From a virus (lineage: Duplodnaviria; Caudoviricetes): 59,810 nt of DNA. Location of the stretch: positions 1-59,810 of IMG/VR virus record IMGVR_UViG_3300046787_000377; one strand, given 5' to 3'. The translations under genes were made by a program, and so were the position numbers. Below are positions 27,705 to 38,500 of this stretch, in pieces. The notes under the pieces were generated by a model that was not told the DNA's origin, ran no database searches, and saw nothing but the letters and a program-made list of their open reading frames with translations. Each line of letters begins with the position of its first letter. The stretch's first letter is position 1.

Positions 27705-27728
27705 AGGGAGAGAAATCTCCCTTTTTTT
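27705..27728 (+). terminator. Intrinsic terminator with GAAA loop
   Basis: agggaga-gaaa-tctccc followed by a T tract. Confidence 0.85.
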
Positions 27729-27768
27729 ATGCACTATTATACTTATTACTATAAAGGAACAAAAATAA

Positions 27769-28140
27769 ATGGAACAATTAGCATCAATCTTCTTTCATAG
27801 TAGAACACAAACACATCAATTTCATACTTTGGTATCAGGACCAGGTTCTCTTGCACTTCATTTAGCATTAGAAGGTTACTATACTGAAATTATTCCTCTT
27901 TTAGATGGATTAATCGAAGCATATCAGGGTAAATACGGATTAATAAACTATAAACAAGTAAACGGAAACGATTCAGATGCTTCAAAGGAAAATATAATTG
28001 CTTACTTTGATAAATTGATTAAATTTTTAGAGAATGAAAGACAATCAGAAAAGTTAAAAGATAGTTGGATTCAAAATGAATTAGATAATATCGCTAAACT
28101 ATTATATTCTACAAAATATAAATTAGTAAACTTAGGATAA
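27769..28140 (+). CDS. Ferritin/Dps-like four-helix protein (DUF5856-like)
   Basis: HQFH..HLALEGYY..LIEAYQGKYG..TKYKL. Confidence 0.65.
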   Translation: MEQLASIFFHSRTQTHQFHTLVSGPGSLALHLALEGYYTEIIPLLDGLIEAYQGKYGLINYKQVNGNDSDASKENIIAYFDKLIKFLENERQSEKLKDSWIQNELDNIAKLLYSTKYKLVNLG

Positions 28141-28161
28141 TAAAATATAATCGATAATACG

Positions 28162-28192
28162 AAAGGGAGTGGAGCAATTCACTCCCTTTTTT
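28162..28192 (+). terminator. Intrinsic terminator with GCAA loop
   Basis: aaagggagtgga-gcaa-ttcactccc followed by a T tract. Confidence 0.85.
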
Positions 28193-28239
28193 GTTATTTT
28201 ATATTTATATGTGAATAATTGTATTAAGGAGAGTAAAAT

Positions 28240-29391
28240 ATGTCTCAATCTAGAGTATGGACGGGTGTAGCAACATTTGTTACGGGTAGTTCAACCCCAT
28301 TTGGTATTTATGATAGTGATTCGGAATTCGTTTCTGATGCACCAAAAGTTGCAACATGGTGTGCACAACGTTTGGGATATCCAATTGTTGATATTGAACT
28401 ATTATCGAGTAGTTTCTTTGCTGTTTTTGAAGAAGCAGTAAGTGAGTACTCTGCACAAGTCAATCAATTTAATATAAGACAAAATTTAGGTTCATTACAA
28501 GGACAACAACTAAGTAATGATTTCTCTTCTGCATCTGTTTTAGGTAGTGAACTACATAACGTAATTAGTATTGCAGATTCATATGGTACTCTTGCAGGTG
28601 TAGGTGGTAATGTTGATGTTAAGAGTGGTTCTATCGATATGACTAAAGGTAGACAAGATTATGATTTACAAGCTCTTTGGGGTGATGTGAGTGAAAGTGG
28701 GGAAAGAATTGATATAACAAGAGTATTCCACGAACCAACACCTGCAATCAATAGATTCTTTGACCCTTATTCAGTAAGTGGACAAGGTACATTAAACTTA
28801 ATCGATGAATTTGGATTTGGTTCATTCTCTCCAGCAGCACAATTTATATTAATGCCAATGTATGAGGATATGTTAAGAATCCAAGCAATTGAATTCAACG
28901 ACCAAATTCGTAAATCTGCACATACATTCAATATTACTAATAACAAATTACAAATTTTCCCAATTCCAACTGCAAATAGTAAACTTTGGTTTGAATATAT
29001 TGTAAAAAAGGATTTTAGAGAAGGTGCAACAGTTGTAAGACCAAATGTAGTTAGTGATTACTCAAATGTTGGATATAATTTCAAAAGTTACTCATCTATA
29101 AACGATGTAGGTAAACAATGGATTAGAAAATACACCCTTGCACTTGCAAAAGAATTATTAGGTGCAATTAGAGAGAAATATTCTACAATTCCAATTCCTG
29201 GTTCTGATGTTTCATTAGATGGTGCAGCATTAAGAGCAGAAGCACAAACTGAAAAAGAAGGATTGATGACTCAATTAAGAGAAAATTTGGAAGAAGTTAG
29301 TAAAAAACAAAGAATGGAAAATGAATCTAATATCATAGACCATCAACAAAAAATATTAAATAAAGTTCCATTAGCAATATACATAGGATAA
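28240..29391 (+). CDS. Neck protein / head-tail adaptor (gp13-like)
   Basis: RLGYPIVDIEL, WIRKYTLALAKELLG.IREKY, LDGAAL. Confidence 0.8.
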   Translation: MSQSRVWTGVATFVTGSSTPFGIYDSDSEFVSDAPKVATWCAQRLGYPIVDIELLSSSFFAVFEEAVSEYSAQVNQFNIRQNLGSLQGQQLSNDFSSASVLGSELHNVISIADSYGTLAGVGGNVDVKSGSIDMTKGRQDYDLQALWGDVSESGERIDITRVFHEPTPAINRFFDPYSVSGQGTLNLIDEFGFGSFSPAAQFILMPMYEDMLRIQAIEFNDQIRKSAHTFNITNNKLQIFPIPTANSKLWFEYIVKKDFREGATVVRPNVVSDYSNVGYNFKSYSSINDVGKQWIRKYTLALAKELLGAIREKYSTIPIPGSDVSLDGAALRAEAQTEKEGLMTQLRENLEEVSKKQRMENESNIIDHQQKILNKVPLAIYIG

Positions 29392-29395
29392 TTAT

Positions 29396-29950
29396 ATGGC
29401 AAAATTTTTCCATAGTAAAGATTTAGATTTTATAAAGACAATCGCTGAAGAAGTGGTGGATTATGTAGTGCAACAAGCAGTTACATTATTCAAAGTTTCA
29501 GTAGGGGAATCTAAAACAAATTTATATGGTGAATCAATAGGTAAAGTATACCATGCACCAGCAAATTTGATGTGTATAATACAAAGAGATGAAGTAAATC
29601 AAAATTATGATGAATTTGGACCAGATAGTACCAACACAATTGAATTTCGGTTTATGAGACATCGTTTAAGAACTCATGAAATCCCAAAAATAACAGCAGT
29701 AAATGGGTCTGAAGTACCTGCAGATGCAATTCAAAATACACTTACTGGTTATCCAGAGATAGGTGATGTTATTTTATTTGATGGATACTACTATGAACTT
29801 AACAATATACAAGAAACAGTGTTAGTAGGTGGTTCACCGACAATATATGACCCACAAACAAATACCTTTGAAGATGCTAGAATGCAATTAATCGCAACTG
29901 GTTTCTTAGTAAGACGTTCACAAATACAAATTGAGGAGAGAACATACTAA
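29396..29950 (+). CDS. Neck / head-closure protein (gp14-like)
   Basis: NLYGES, PEIGDVI..YYEL; gene order. Confidence 0.65.
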   Translation: MAKFFHSKDLDFIKTIAEEVVDYVVQQAVTLFKVSVGESKTNLYGESIGKVYHAPANLMCIIQRDEVNQNYDEFGPDSTNTIEFRFMRHRLRTHEIPKITAVNGSEVPADAIQNTLTGYPEIGDVILFDGYYYELNNIQETVLVGGSPTIYDPQTNTFEDARMQLIATGFLVRRSQIQIEERTY

Positions 29951-31065
29951 TGTCAATAGACCCATTAAAAAGACCGGTAAATAGAGCAGAACAACTTAAA
30001 ACTGAACCCCAACAACATAAAGGGGTTAAGTTGTATGATGTTGATTTGGCTATTGCTGAACATATGATGGATGTTGTTGTCCCAACCGTCGAAGTATTAA
30101 ATGAAAAAGTAAAAGTACCTGTATTATACGGAAATCCTGAAAGATGGAAAAGTATAAAGAAGGATGGATTTCTAAGAGATAAAAATGGCCAAATACAATT
30201 ACCATTAATTGTATTCAAACGAAATTCTATAGCAAGAGATGAGTCTATTGCTAGTTCTATGAATAGACATTTGATTTATCCAACTGTCACACAATATTCT
30301 AAGAAACATAAATACGATAAGTTCACTTTAATGAGTGGAACTAAAAGACCGGTAGAACAATACAATATAACAATGCCGGATTATGTAACTGTTACATATG
30401 AGGTAAATGTATGGACGGATTATACCGAACATATGAATAAAATATTAGAAGCGTTTCAATATGCAACGGACGAATATTGGGGTGATAAGAATGGATTTAA
30501 ATTTAGAGTAAGAATTGATTCATTTGATAATCAACAAGAAGTGGGTGATAATTCTCAAAGAGTAGTTAGGAGTACATTCAGTATGACAGTAAATGCATAC
30601 TTACTACCTGAAAAATTTGATAATCAATCAACTACTAAAAAATCACTTTCACCTAAAAAAGTAGTTTGGGGTGTAGAAACCGATTTAACTGGTAATTCTC
30701 ATACTAACTATTCATCTAAAAATGAAGTGGTGTATAATGAGTATAGTGATATATTAGATTTTATCACTATTAGGGGTTCATATGAGGGTACTTTTGTAAA
30801 TAGTAACACAATTACGTTGGATAATGTAAAAATCCCCGAATGCCCGCCAGAATTGAGAAGTACGTTTGATGACACTAATTGGTTTAGAGTTTATATTAAC
30901 GGAGTATTTATCAGACCTGGAGTATATACCTACACTTACAATGTAAGTACTAAAAGTGTAACATTTACATTTAATACAAACGCTCCAGCATCAGCAACTC
31001 AATTAGGTTATATTTTAGAAAATACCGATGAATTTTATGTAACAGGTAAATTTATAGAATTATGA
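29950..31065 (+). CDS. Tail terminator / sheath stabilizer (gp15-like)
   Basis: KVPVLYGNPERW, LPLI, PDYVTVTYEV.VWT; gene order. Confidence 0.65.
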   Translation: MSIDPLKRPVNRAEQLKTEPQQHKGVKLYDVDLAIAEHMMDVVVPTVEVLNEKVKVPVLYGNPERWKSIKKDGFLRDKNGQIQLPLIVFKRNSIARDESIASSMNRHLIYPTVTQYSKKHKYDKFTLMSGTKRPVEQYNITMPDYVTVTYEVNVWTDYTEHMNKILEAFQYATDEYWGDKNGFKFRVRIDSFDNQQEVGDNSQRVVRSTFSMTVNAYLLPEKFDNQSTTKKSLSPKKVVWGVETDLTGNSHTNYSSKNEVVYNEYSDILDFITIRGSYEGTFVNSNTITLDNVKIPECPPELRSTFDDTNWFRVYINGVFIRPGVYTYTYNVSTKSVTFTFNTNAPASATQLGYILENTDEFYVTGKFIEL

Positions 31066-31508
31066 TTACTCCATTAGGTGATATAAATCGTTTATTAAAA
31101 CAAATGCACGAACCGGATGAATTTCGTTTGGCTCCGTATGATTTATCTCATAAACTTTATTGGATGTTTATTCTTAGAAATGCTGTAATTAAAGATTTAG
31201 CACCAAATTTACGAAAAAATGTAAAAGAACATGCTCGATTTGATGTATTTGTAAACGGACAATTTATTGGACCACGAGATTATATAATAGAACAATTTGG
31301 TGGTCATATTTTAGTAAAATTTAAACGTTCTAATTTTGATTACACATTAGAAGATAATGATACTATAAAATTAGAAGGTGATTTCGAATTAACGGAAACA
31401 TCTGAAATATTACAAGAACTTAGTATTCCATCGGCACTAAGATATTTGAGTACAGAAAATGATACTGATATTATGCAAGAATCTGGAGATAAATTATTTT
31501 TGATATAA
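31062..31508 (+). CDS. Hypothetical virion protein
   Basis: DVFVNG beta domain similar to the C-terminus of the previous ORF. Confidence 0.5.
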   Translation: MITPLGDINRLLKQMHEPDEFRLAPYDLSHKLYWMFILRNAVIKDLAPNLRKNVKEHARFDVFVNGQFIGPRDYIIEQFGGHILVKFKRSNFDYTLEDNDTIKLEGDFELTETSEILQELSIPSALRYLSTENDTDIMQESGDKLFLI

Positions 31509-31873
31509 TGAGACAGAAACCTAATATACCAAAAATGCCTACAAACGATAGGAGTAGATTCAAAACGTTAGTTAATGAGATAATTGATGATAACGCATTG
31601 TATCCACATAATGTTGACCAGATAATATTGTTAGATGGGTTGGTTACATTAGTATTATGGGATAAAAGATTTGTATTTGAGGAAATGAAAGTAGATAATC
31701 CAAAAGATTATACTGATATTTATTTACAAGGTATTAAACAAAGTAGTAATATTTATGATATTGGCATTAATGGTGATAATATCGTAATTACCTTTGGTCA
31801 ACAAATAGCTTTGTTCCAAAATCAATTAACAATTAATGACTTTTTAGTAAAAGGTAAAATAGTGAGTATTTAA
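31508..31873 (+). CDS. Hypothetical virion protein
   Basis: Translationally coupled ORF; DIYLQG beta domain. Confidence 0.5.
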   Translation: MRQKPNIPKMPTNDRSRFKTLVNEIIDDNALYPHNVDQIILLDGLVTLVLWDKRFVFEEMKVDNPKDYTDIYLQGIKQSSNIYDIGINGDNIVITFGQQIALFQNQLTINDFLVKGKIVSI

Positions 31874-31876
31874 GAT

Positions 31877-32548
31877 ATGGCTACACTTATTCAAAGTAAA
31901 CAAATAGAAGGCGTTGTAACCGCATCGGTAATCGATGGGGTTTTTGTAGTATCTGGTTCACAAATATTGACTGGTTCATTATTTGTAGATGGTGATATTA
32001 CCGCTTCCAATATAGTTCAAGCTTCTCAATTTGTTGGAGATGGTAGTCGATTAACAGGTGTTGTTGCTGAGGGAACTGGTATTAACATTATAAGTGGTTC
32101 GATTGATGCAGTTGTAACTGAATTAAGAATTACCGGTAGTGGTGCACCTTTATCTATAACAAACTCAAATACTGCTTCAATTGAAATTAAATCACCATAT
32201 GAAGTTGGTGGTTTGTTTAGAATATACGATAACTACGAAAGTTTAATATCATCATCTGTTAGTTACTTTACTGATGGACAAATTGTATATGTAAAGGATA
32301 CTAACACTCTTTATCAATCAGAAATAACTTATGCTGATTTTACAAATACATTTACCGATACAATAGAATGGAATACTTACACTTTTGCTATAGGTGATTC
32401 TTCGGTAAATGCTGGTAATGGGTTATCCAAATCAGTTTCAGATGGGATTACTACGTTATCCTTAAATACTGGTTCGATACATTTCAGTACTGCAGTGGAA
32501 TATATAATTTCATCTGGCTCTTACATGATTGATGCCGGCACAATTTAA
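31877..32548 (+). CDS. Fibre-associated protein
   Basis: FVGDGSRLTG fibre motif; C-terminal IDAGTI. Confidence 0.55.
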   Translation: MATLIQSKQIEGVVTASVIDGVFVVSGSQILTGSLFVDGDITASNIVQASQFVGDGSRLTGVVAEGTGINIISGSIDAVVTELRITGSGAPLSITNSNTASIEIKSPYEVGGLFRIYDNYESLISSSVSYFTDGQIVYVKDTNTLYQSEITYADFTNTFTDTIEWNTYTFAIGDSSVNAGNGLSKSVSDGITTLSLNTGSIHFSTAVEYIISSGSYMIDAGTI

Positions 32549-32675
32549 TCAAAGACAAATATTTTTATATTTATACATAATCAACGCTAGATAGTGTTCT
32601 TTCATTAGGCATATGTCCTTAAAACTCAAAAAAAAAGTTATACAAATTAACAAAAACTAAAAAAGGAAAAAATAA

Positions 32676-35420
32676 ATGGCACAAATAATCAAACATAGAC
32701 GTGGTTCGTTAGAATCCGTATCAAGTGCTACTAAAAGAGCCGGTGAATTGTTAGTTGTAACGGGTTCGGCAGGAATTACGGCAACTAATGGTAACTCTAT
32801 CTTATTCGTAGGTATTGATGGCTCGACAGTAACACCAGCAAACAAAATATTACAAGGTACTTCAGTTCCGAACTTATCCGGAGCTTCATATGATACATCG
32901 ATAGATGGTATTCCTTATTACGATACCTCTGCAGAGAAAATGTACATCTTAAATAAAGGTGGAAACGTTGAAATTAAAGCAACTGCTAATACAGGTGGGA
33001 CTGGAATCGTTTCCGGTTCAGGACAAGTAACAGCATTGTTACCAACCGGAACTGTGAGTGGTTCATCTCAAGTAACAATTTCTTCTACAACTGGATATAC
33101 TGATTTCAGTTCTTCTTTAAATAGTAGATTGGTAACTGCTTCAACTAACATAACTGAATTATATACAACTGCATCTGACCACGAAACAAGAATTGATTCG
33201 ATTGAATCATCCATCGGTGGTGCAAGTGGTATTGGATTAAGAGTTTCTTCATTAGAAGCTTTTACTGGTTCGCAAGAAACTAAAAATTCTACATTAGCAA
33301 CTTATACAGCATCGGTAACATCTGATTTATCAGCAATCCGTACCTTTACTGCATCTCAAGAGGCTAAAGATTCTACATTAGCAACTTATACCGGTTCATT
33401 AGATACTAAATTATCTACATTAGGAACGTATACTGGTTCATTAGATACTAAATTATCTACATTAGCAACTTATACTGCTTCAGTTGATGGTGATTTAACA
33501 GAATTGTTTACATCTGCATCTAACGCTAAAACAACACTTAATGGAATACAAAGTTATACATCATCATTAAGAACTGCATTTACTGCAAGTGGAACTGATG
33601 TAATATTCAGTAATGATGTAACTATTCCTGGTAATTTAATAGTAGCAGGTACTCAAACTATTGTAGATTCTACGACTGTCCAAATTGGTGATAATATCAT
33701 TGAATTAAATGGTTCAGCTGCAGCAAATGGTGGTTTGTATGTAAAAGATGCTACAAATCCTAATACTGAAACAGGTTCGATAATTTGGGATTCTACAAAT
33801 GATTACTGGAAAGCAGGTGTTAAAGATTCAGAAATTAAAATTTTATTAGCAGGTGGTGATAGTGTAATTAGTGGTTCATCTCAAGTAACATTATCATCTA
33901 CAACTGGATATTCTGATTTCAGTTCTTCTTTAGCATCTAAAGATACTGAATTATTTGGAACAGCATCTGACCATGAAACTAGAATCGATTCAATTGAGGC
34001 TTCAATTGGTGGTGCAAGTGGTATCGGTCAAAGAGTTTCTTCATTGGAAGCATTTAGTGGTTCTCAAGAAAGTAAAGATTCTACATTAGCAACTTATACA
34101 GGTTCAGTAACTACACGTTTTAATACTTTAGCTACATATACTGGTTCAGTTGACACCAATCTTACCGCATTAAATTCATTTAGTTCATCAATCAACACAA
34201 CGATTAAAACTAAATTAGATGCTGAAGGTGTAATTAGTGGTTCATCTCAAGTTAATGCAGATTCAATTACTAATTTTGATACTAATGTAAAAGACAAATT
34301 AGATGCTGAAGGTGTAATTAGTGGTTCATCTCAATTAAATAATACAACTATAAGTGGATTAAAAGTAACCGGTGGTGAAATTAGTGGTTCATTTAGTGGT
34401 TCATTTAAAGGTGATGGTTCTCAATTAACAGGTATTGCAACTGATTTAAGAATTAGTGGTTCGACTGGTAATGATACATTATCTTTGTTATCAGATACAT
34501 TATTAGTAACAGGTTCAACTGGTATTAGTACTGCAATCACAAATAATACAATTACAATTAGTGGTACTAATGCAAGTACATCTGCTAAAGGTGTTGCTTC
34601 ATTCGATGCTGATGATTTTTCAGTAACAACTGGTAATGTATCAATAAAAGATGGTGGTGTTAGAGCTACTAACTTAAATGCAGATGTTGCTGGAACTGGT
34701 CTTTCATTGGATGGTACTGATAATTCATTAGAAGTTGATTATGGTTCAACAGCAGGTACTGCAGTAGAAGGTAACACTTCATTGACAGTTCAAGGAACAA
34801 CAAATGAAATTTCAGTAAGTGGTGGTTCAATTACATTAGGTAATGGTGGTACTATTACTATCGGTTTACCTGATTCAGTAACAATTCTTACTGCATCTAT
34901 CGATAATGACTTAACAGTTGGTGGTAACGTTGAAATCGTTGGTAATTTGTATGTTCAAGGAACTACAACTACAATTGATTCTACAACTATCCAAATTGGT
35001 GATAATATCATTGAATTAAATGGTTCAGCTGCAGCAAATGGTGGATTATTAGTAAAAGATGCTACAAGTCCTAATACTGCATCTGGTTCTTTATTATGGG
35101 ATTCGACTAACGATTATTGGAAAGGTGGTGCTAAGGATTCTGAAAAAGAATTTGCTAGATTTAACGCTACTCCAACATCTGGTTCAGTACAAGTAGTAGG
35201 TGCAAGTGGATTATTAGTTGATTCTGATATTTCAGATGATGGTGTTAAGGTAACAATTGGTTCAGATTTAGTTATCAATGGTTTAACTGCAAATACATTC
35301 GTTGTATCAAACGGAAGTAAAAAGTTAATTTCAGTAGCACCTTCAAACGCTGGTGATTTAATACAATGGAATGGTTCATCATTCGTTGCTTCAAACGAAA
35401 TTGATGGTGGAACTTTCTAA
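32676..35420 (+). CDS. Ser/Thr-rich tail fibre protein
   Basis: N-terminal IKHRRG, 14-aa STLATYTGS repeats, duplicated IGDNIIELNG module, C-terminal IDGGTF. Confidence 0.75.
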   Translation: MAQIIKHRRGSLESVSSATKRAGELLVVTGSAGITATNGNSILFVGIDGSTVTPANKILQGTSVPNLSGASYDTSIDGIPYYDTSAEKMYILNKGGNVEIKATANTGGTGIVSGSGQVTALLPTGTVSGSSQVTISSTTGYTDFSSSLNSRLVTASTNITELYTTASDHETRIDSIESSIGGASGIGLRVSSLEAFTGSQETKNSTLATYTASVTSDLSAIRTFTASQEAKDSTLATYTGSLDTKLSTLGTYTGSLDTKLSTLATYTASVDGDLTELFTSASNAKTTLNGIQSYTSSLRTAFTASGTDVIFSNDVTIPGNLIVAGTQTIVDSTTVQIGDNIIELNGSAAANGGLYVKDATNPNTETGSIIWDSTNDYWKAGVKDSEIKILLAGGDSVISGSSQVTLSSTTGYSDFSSSLASKDTELFGTASDHETRIDSIEASIGGASGIGQRVSSLEAFSGSQESKDSTLATYTGSVTTRFNTLATYTGSVDTNLTALNSFSSSINTTIKTKLDAEGVISGSSQVNADSITNFDTNVKDKLDAEGVISGSSQLNNTTISGLKVTGGEISGSFSGSFKGDGSQLTGIATDLRISGSTGNDTLSLLSDTLLVTGSTGISTAITNNTITISGTNASTSAKGVASFDADDFSVTTGNVSIKDGGVRATNLNADVAGTGLSLDGTDNSLEVDYGSTAGTAVEGNTSLTVQGTTNEISVSGGSITLGNGGTITIGLPDSVTILTASIDNDLTVGGNVEIVGNLYVQGTTTTIDSTTIQIGDNIIELNGSAAANGGLLVKDATSPNTASGSLLWDSTNDYWKGGAKDSEKEFARFNATPTSGSVQVVGASGLLVDSDISDDGVKVTIGSDLVINGLTANTFVVSNGSKKLISVAPSNAGDLIQWNGSSFVASNEIDGGTF

Positions 35421-35440
35421 GAGTAAAACATAAAAAAATA

Positions 35441-35473
35441 AGAATCCCTCACAATAGTGGGGGATTTTTTTTT
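35441..35473 (+). terminator. Intrinsic terminator
   Basis: aatccctcac-aata-gtgggggatt followed by a T tract. Confidence 0.8.
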
Positions 35474-35578
35474 AACTTTTACTTTTACAATACTTATATA
35501 AGTGTAAATGGCATTATGCATAGGGTAAATTTACCAATTATTTATATTTATATAAAATAAAATAGGAAATCATAATAA

Positions 35579-38500
35579 ATGGCTGCAATATTAAAATTAA
35601 GAAGAGGGTCTACCACTCCAACTTCATTGGAACAATCTGAACTATTTTACAATAGTACATTGGATACATTACAAGTTGGTAAAAGTAGTGCAAATAACGA
35701 TAATATTACGTTAGTAAAATTAACTGATGCAAATACAGGTTCATTACATTTAACAGGTGATGTTACTGCATCAAATTTACTCTTATCTGGTAATGCAACT
35801 ATTTATGGAAATATTACATTTAGTGGTTCGTTAATAACAATCGGAAATGAAAATACTGATAACATCGTAATTTCAGGTGAATTAAGTAGTTCTATAATAC
35901 CAAATAATGATAATTCATTTGATTTAGGTGCATCTGATAAAAGATATCGTAATGTATACGCTACCAATTTAAATGGTAGTATTACGGATATCAATATATT
36001 ACAATTTACAGCATCTGAAGAAACCAAAAATTCTACACTTGCAACATACACTGGTTCAGTAAATACTACACTAAGTAATTTAGCTACTAAAAACGATACA
36101 TTAGGAACTTACACAGGTTCTATTGACACTAAATTTACAACATTAGGAACTTACACAGGTTCAATTGATACTAAATGGAGTACTATTGAAAACGTAACTT
36201 CTTCAATATTAGAACATACTGAATCTATAAACAATAAATTTACCACATTGAGTACATATACTCAATCAGTAGATAACTCATTACAATTACTTAACACATT
36301 CAGTGCATCAGAGGAAGATAAAAATTCTACACTTGCATCATATACTGCTTCAGTAGATTTGGATATTACTGAATTATATTCTACTGCTTCAAATCATGAA
36401 AGTAGAATTGTTTATTTAAGTAGTAGTTTTTCACAATCGGTTGATGATAGATTAGACCAATTAGAAGTAAATAGTGGTAGTGTAAATAACTCAATATCAC
36501 TTTTAAATACATTTAGTGCATCTGAAGAAACTAAAAATTCTACACTTGCATCATATACTGCTTCAGTAGATTCAGATATTACTGAATTATATACAACTGC
36601 ATCCGACCACGAAATTAGAATTGATGGTATACAAGATTATACATCATCACTAAAAACTGCATTGGAATTGACAGGTTCTAACGTAACGATTTTAGGTAAT
36701 TTAAATGTAAAAGGAACACAAACTGTCATAAATTCAACGCTTGTTCAATTAGATGAGAACGTTATCAAACTAAATGGTACTGGTGCGGTAAATGGTGGTT
36801 TATTAGTAAAAGACCCAACTTCACCAAATACATTAAGTGGTTCTCTATTATGGGATACTACTAATGATTATTGGAAGGCTGGTCCATTAAATCAAGAATC
36901 AAAGATTTTATTGGCAGGTGGTGATAATATTGTATCTAGTTCTGCTCAAGTCGTAGATGCACTTAAATCAACTTTCTTAGAAATAAATGGTGATAATGTA
37001 GTATCTGGTTCATCTCAAATAAATTTAACTCAAACTACCAACTATGTTAGTGGTATTAAAGATAGATTAAATATAGAGGGTGTATTTAGTGGTTCATCAC
37101 AAGTAATTATATCGGAATCTGCTGATTATGTATCATCAATCAAACATAGATTGAACATAGAAAGTGTAATATCATCATCTATACAAGTAGATGTTTTAAA
37201 TACAACAAATTTTACAGCATACTCAAGTTCAGTAGATGATAAATTAGTTCAACTAGCAAACGATAGTGCATCACAAGATAGTAGATTAGATAATTTAGAA
37301 TTATTTAGTTCATCTGAAGAAACTAAAAATTCTACTCTTGCTACTTATACTGGTTCAATAGATACAAAATGGAGTACAATAGAAAATGTAACTTCATCTT
37401 TAATTAACGCTACTGCATCATACGAAACAAAAGGTAGAGATATCGTTTCTGGTTCATCACAACTTACTTCATCATATGATTTAAGATATGCAAATTCTGC
37501 ATCATTTAAACAATTAATTGGTGAGTGGGATTTCGGTACACAAGGTTCACTTAGAGATGCAGCATTTTATAGTGTAACATCTTCTGCACAATTAGATACC
37601 GGTTCTATTACATCTGCTTCATTGAACGATACGTTTATATTCACAGCTGGTGCAACCAAAGAATATGTAAACTGGAGAACCGAAGCAATATTAGATGCTA
37701 TTGGTGCTGCAGATATTACTGCAGTTGAAGCAGGTAATGGTTTGAGTGGTGGAGGTGTAACGGGTGATGTAACGTTATCGTTAAATACTGGTTCTACACA
37801 TTTTACTGATGGTGTAAAAACTAAATTAAACTTAGATGGTGTAATTAGTGGGTCATCACAAATTGTTAGTATATTAGGGCCACTTAATTCATTTAGTGAA
37901 TCTCAAGAATTAAAAGATTCTACATTAGGAACGTATACTGGTTCTATTGACACTAAATTTACAACATTAGGAACTTACACAGGTTCAGTTGATACCAAAT
38001 TTTCTACATTAGGAACTTATACTGGTTCAGTTGATACCAAATTTTCTACATTAGGAACTTATACTGGTTCGGTAAATACACAATTAATCGAATTATATAC
38101 AACTGCATCTAATCATGAAACTAGAGTTGATAGTTTAGAAAGTTGGAGTGCATCATTAGATACCTTATTTGTTACTGAAGTTGAATTAACAAATTTATCA
38201 GCATCCATAGATAGTAGATTGGATAATGTAGAAATATTTAGTTCATCAATTAGTACAACAATTAAAACTAAATTAGATGCTGAAGGTGTAATTAGTGGTT
38301 CATCGCAATTAACAAGTTCTTACGATACTAGATATGTAACATTAGATGGTGACCAAACTATAAATGGAACTAAAACATTCAATGATATTGTTGTAAACGG
38401 AACAGGTTCATTTGCTTATATAACTTCAGTTGCCGGTGATGCAAAAATCATTGGTGATGCATTTATTTATTTAAATAACGATACTCCAACTCAAAGATAT

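Noticed and set aside
37920-38073. Tandem repeats as a possible CRISPR array
   Set aside because: No unique spacers; units are in-frame 42-bp coding repeats; no cas genes.
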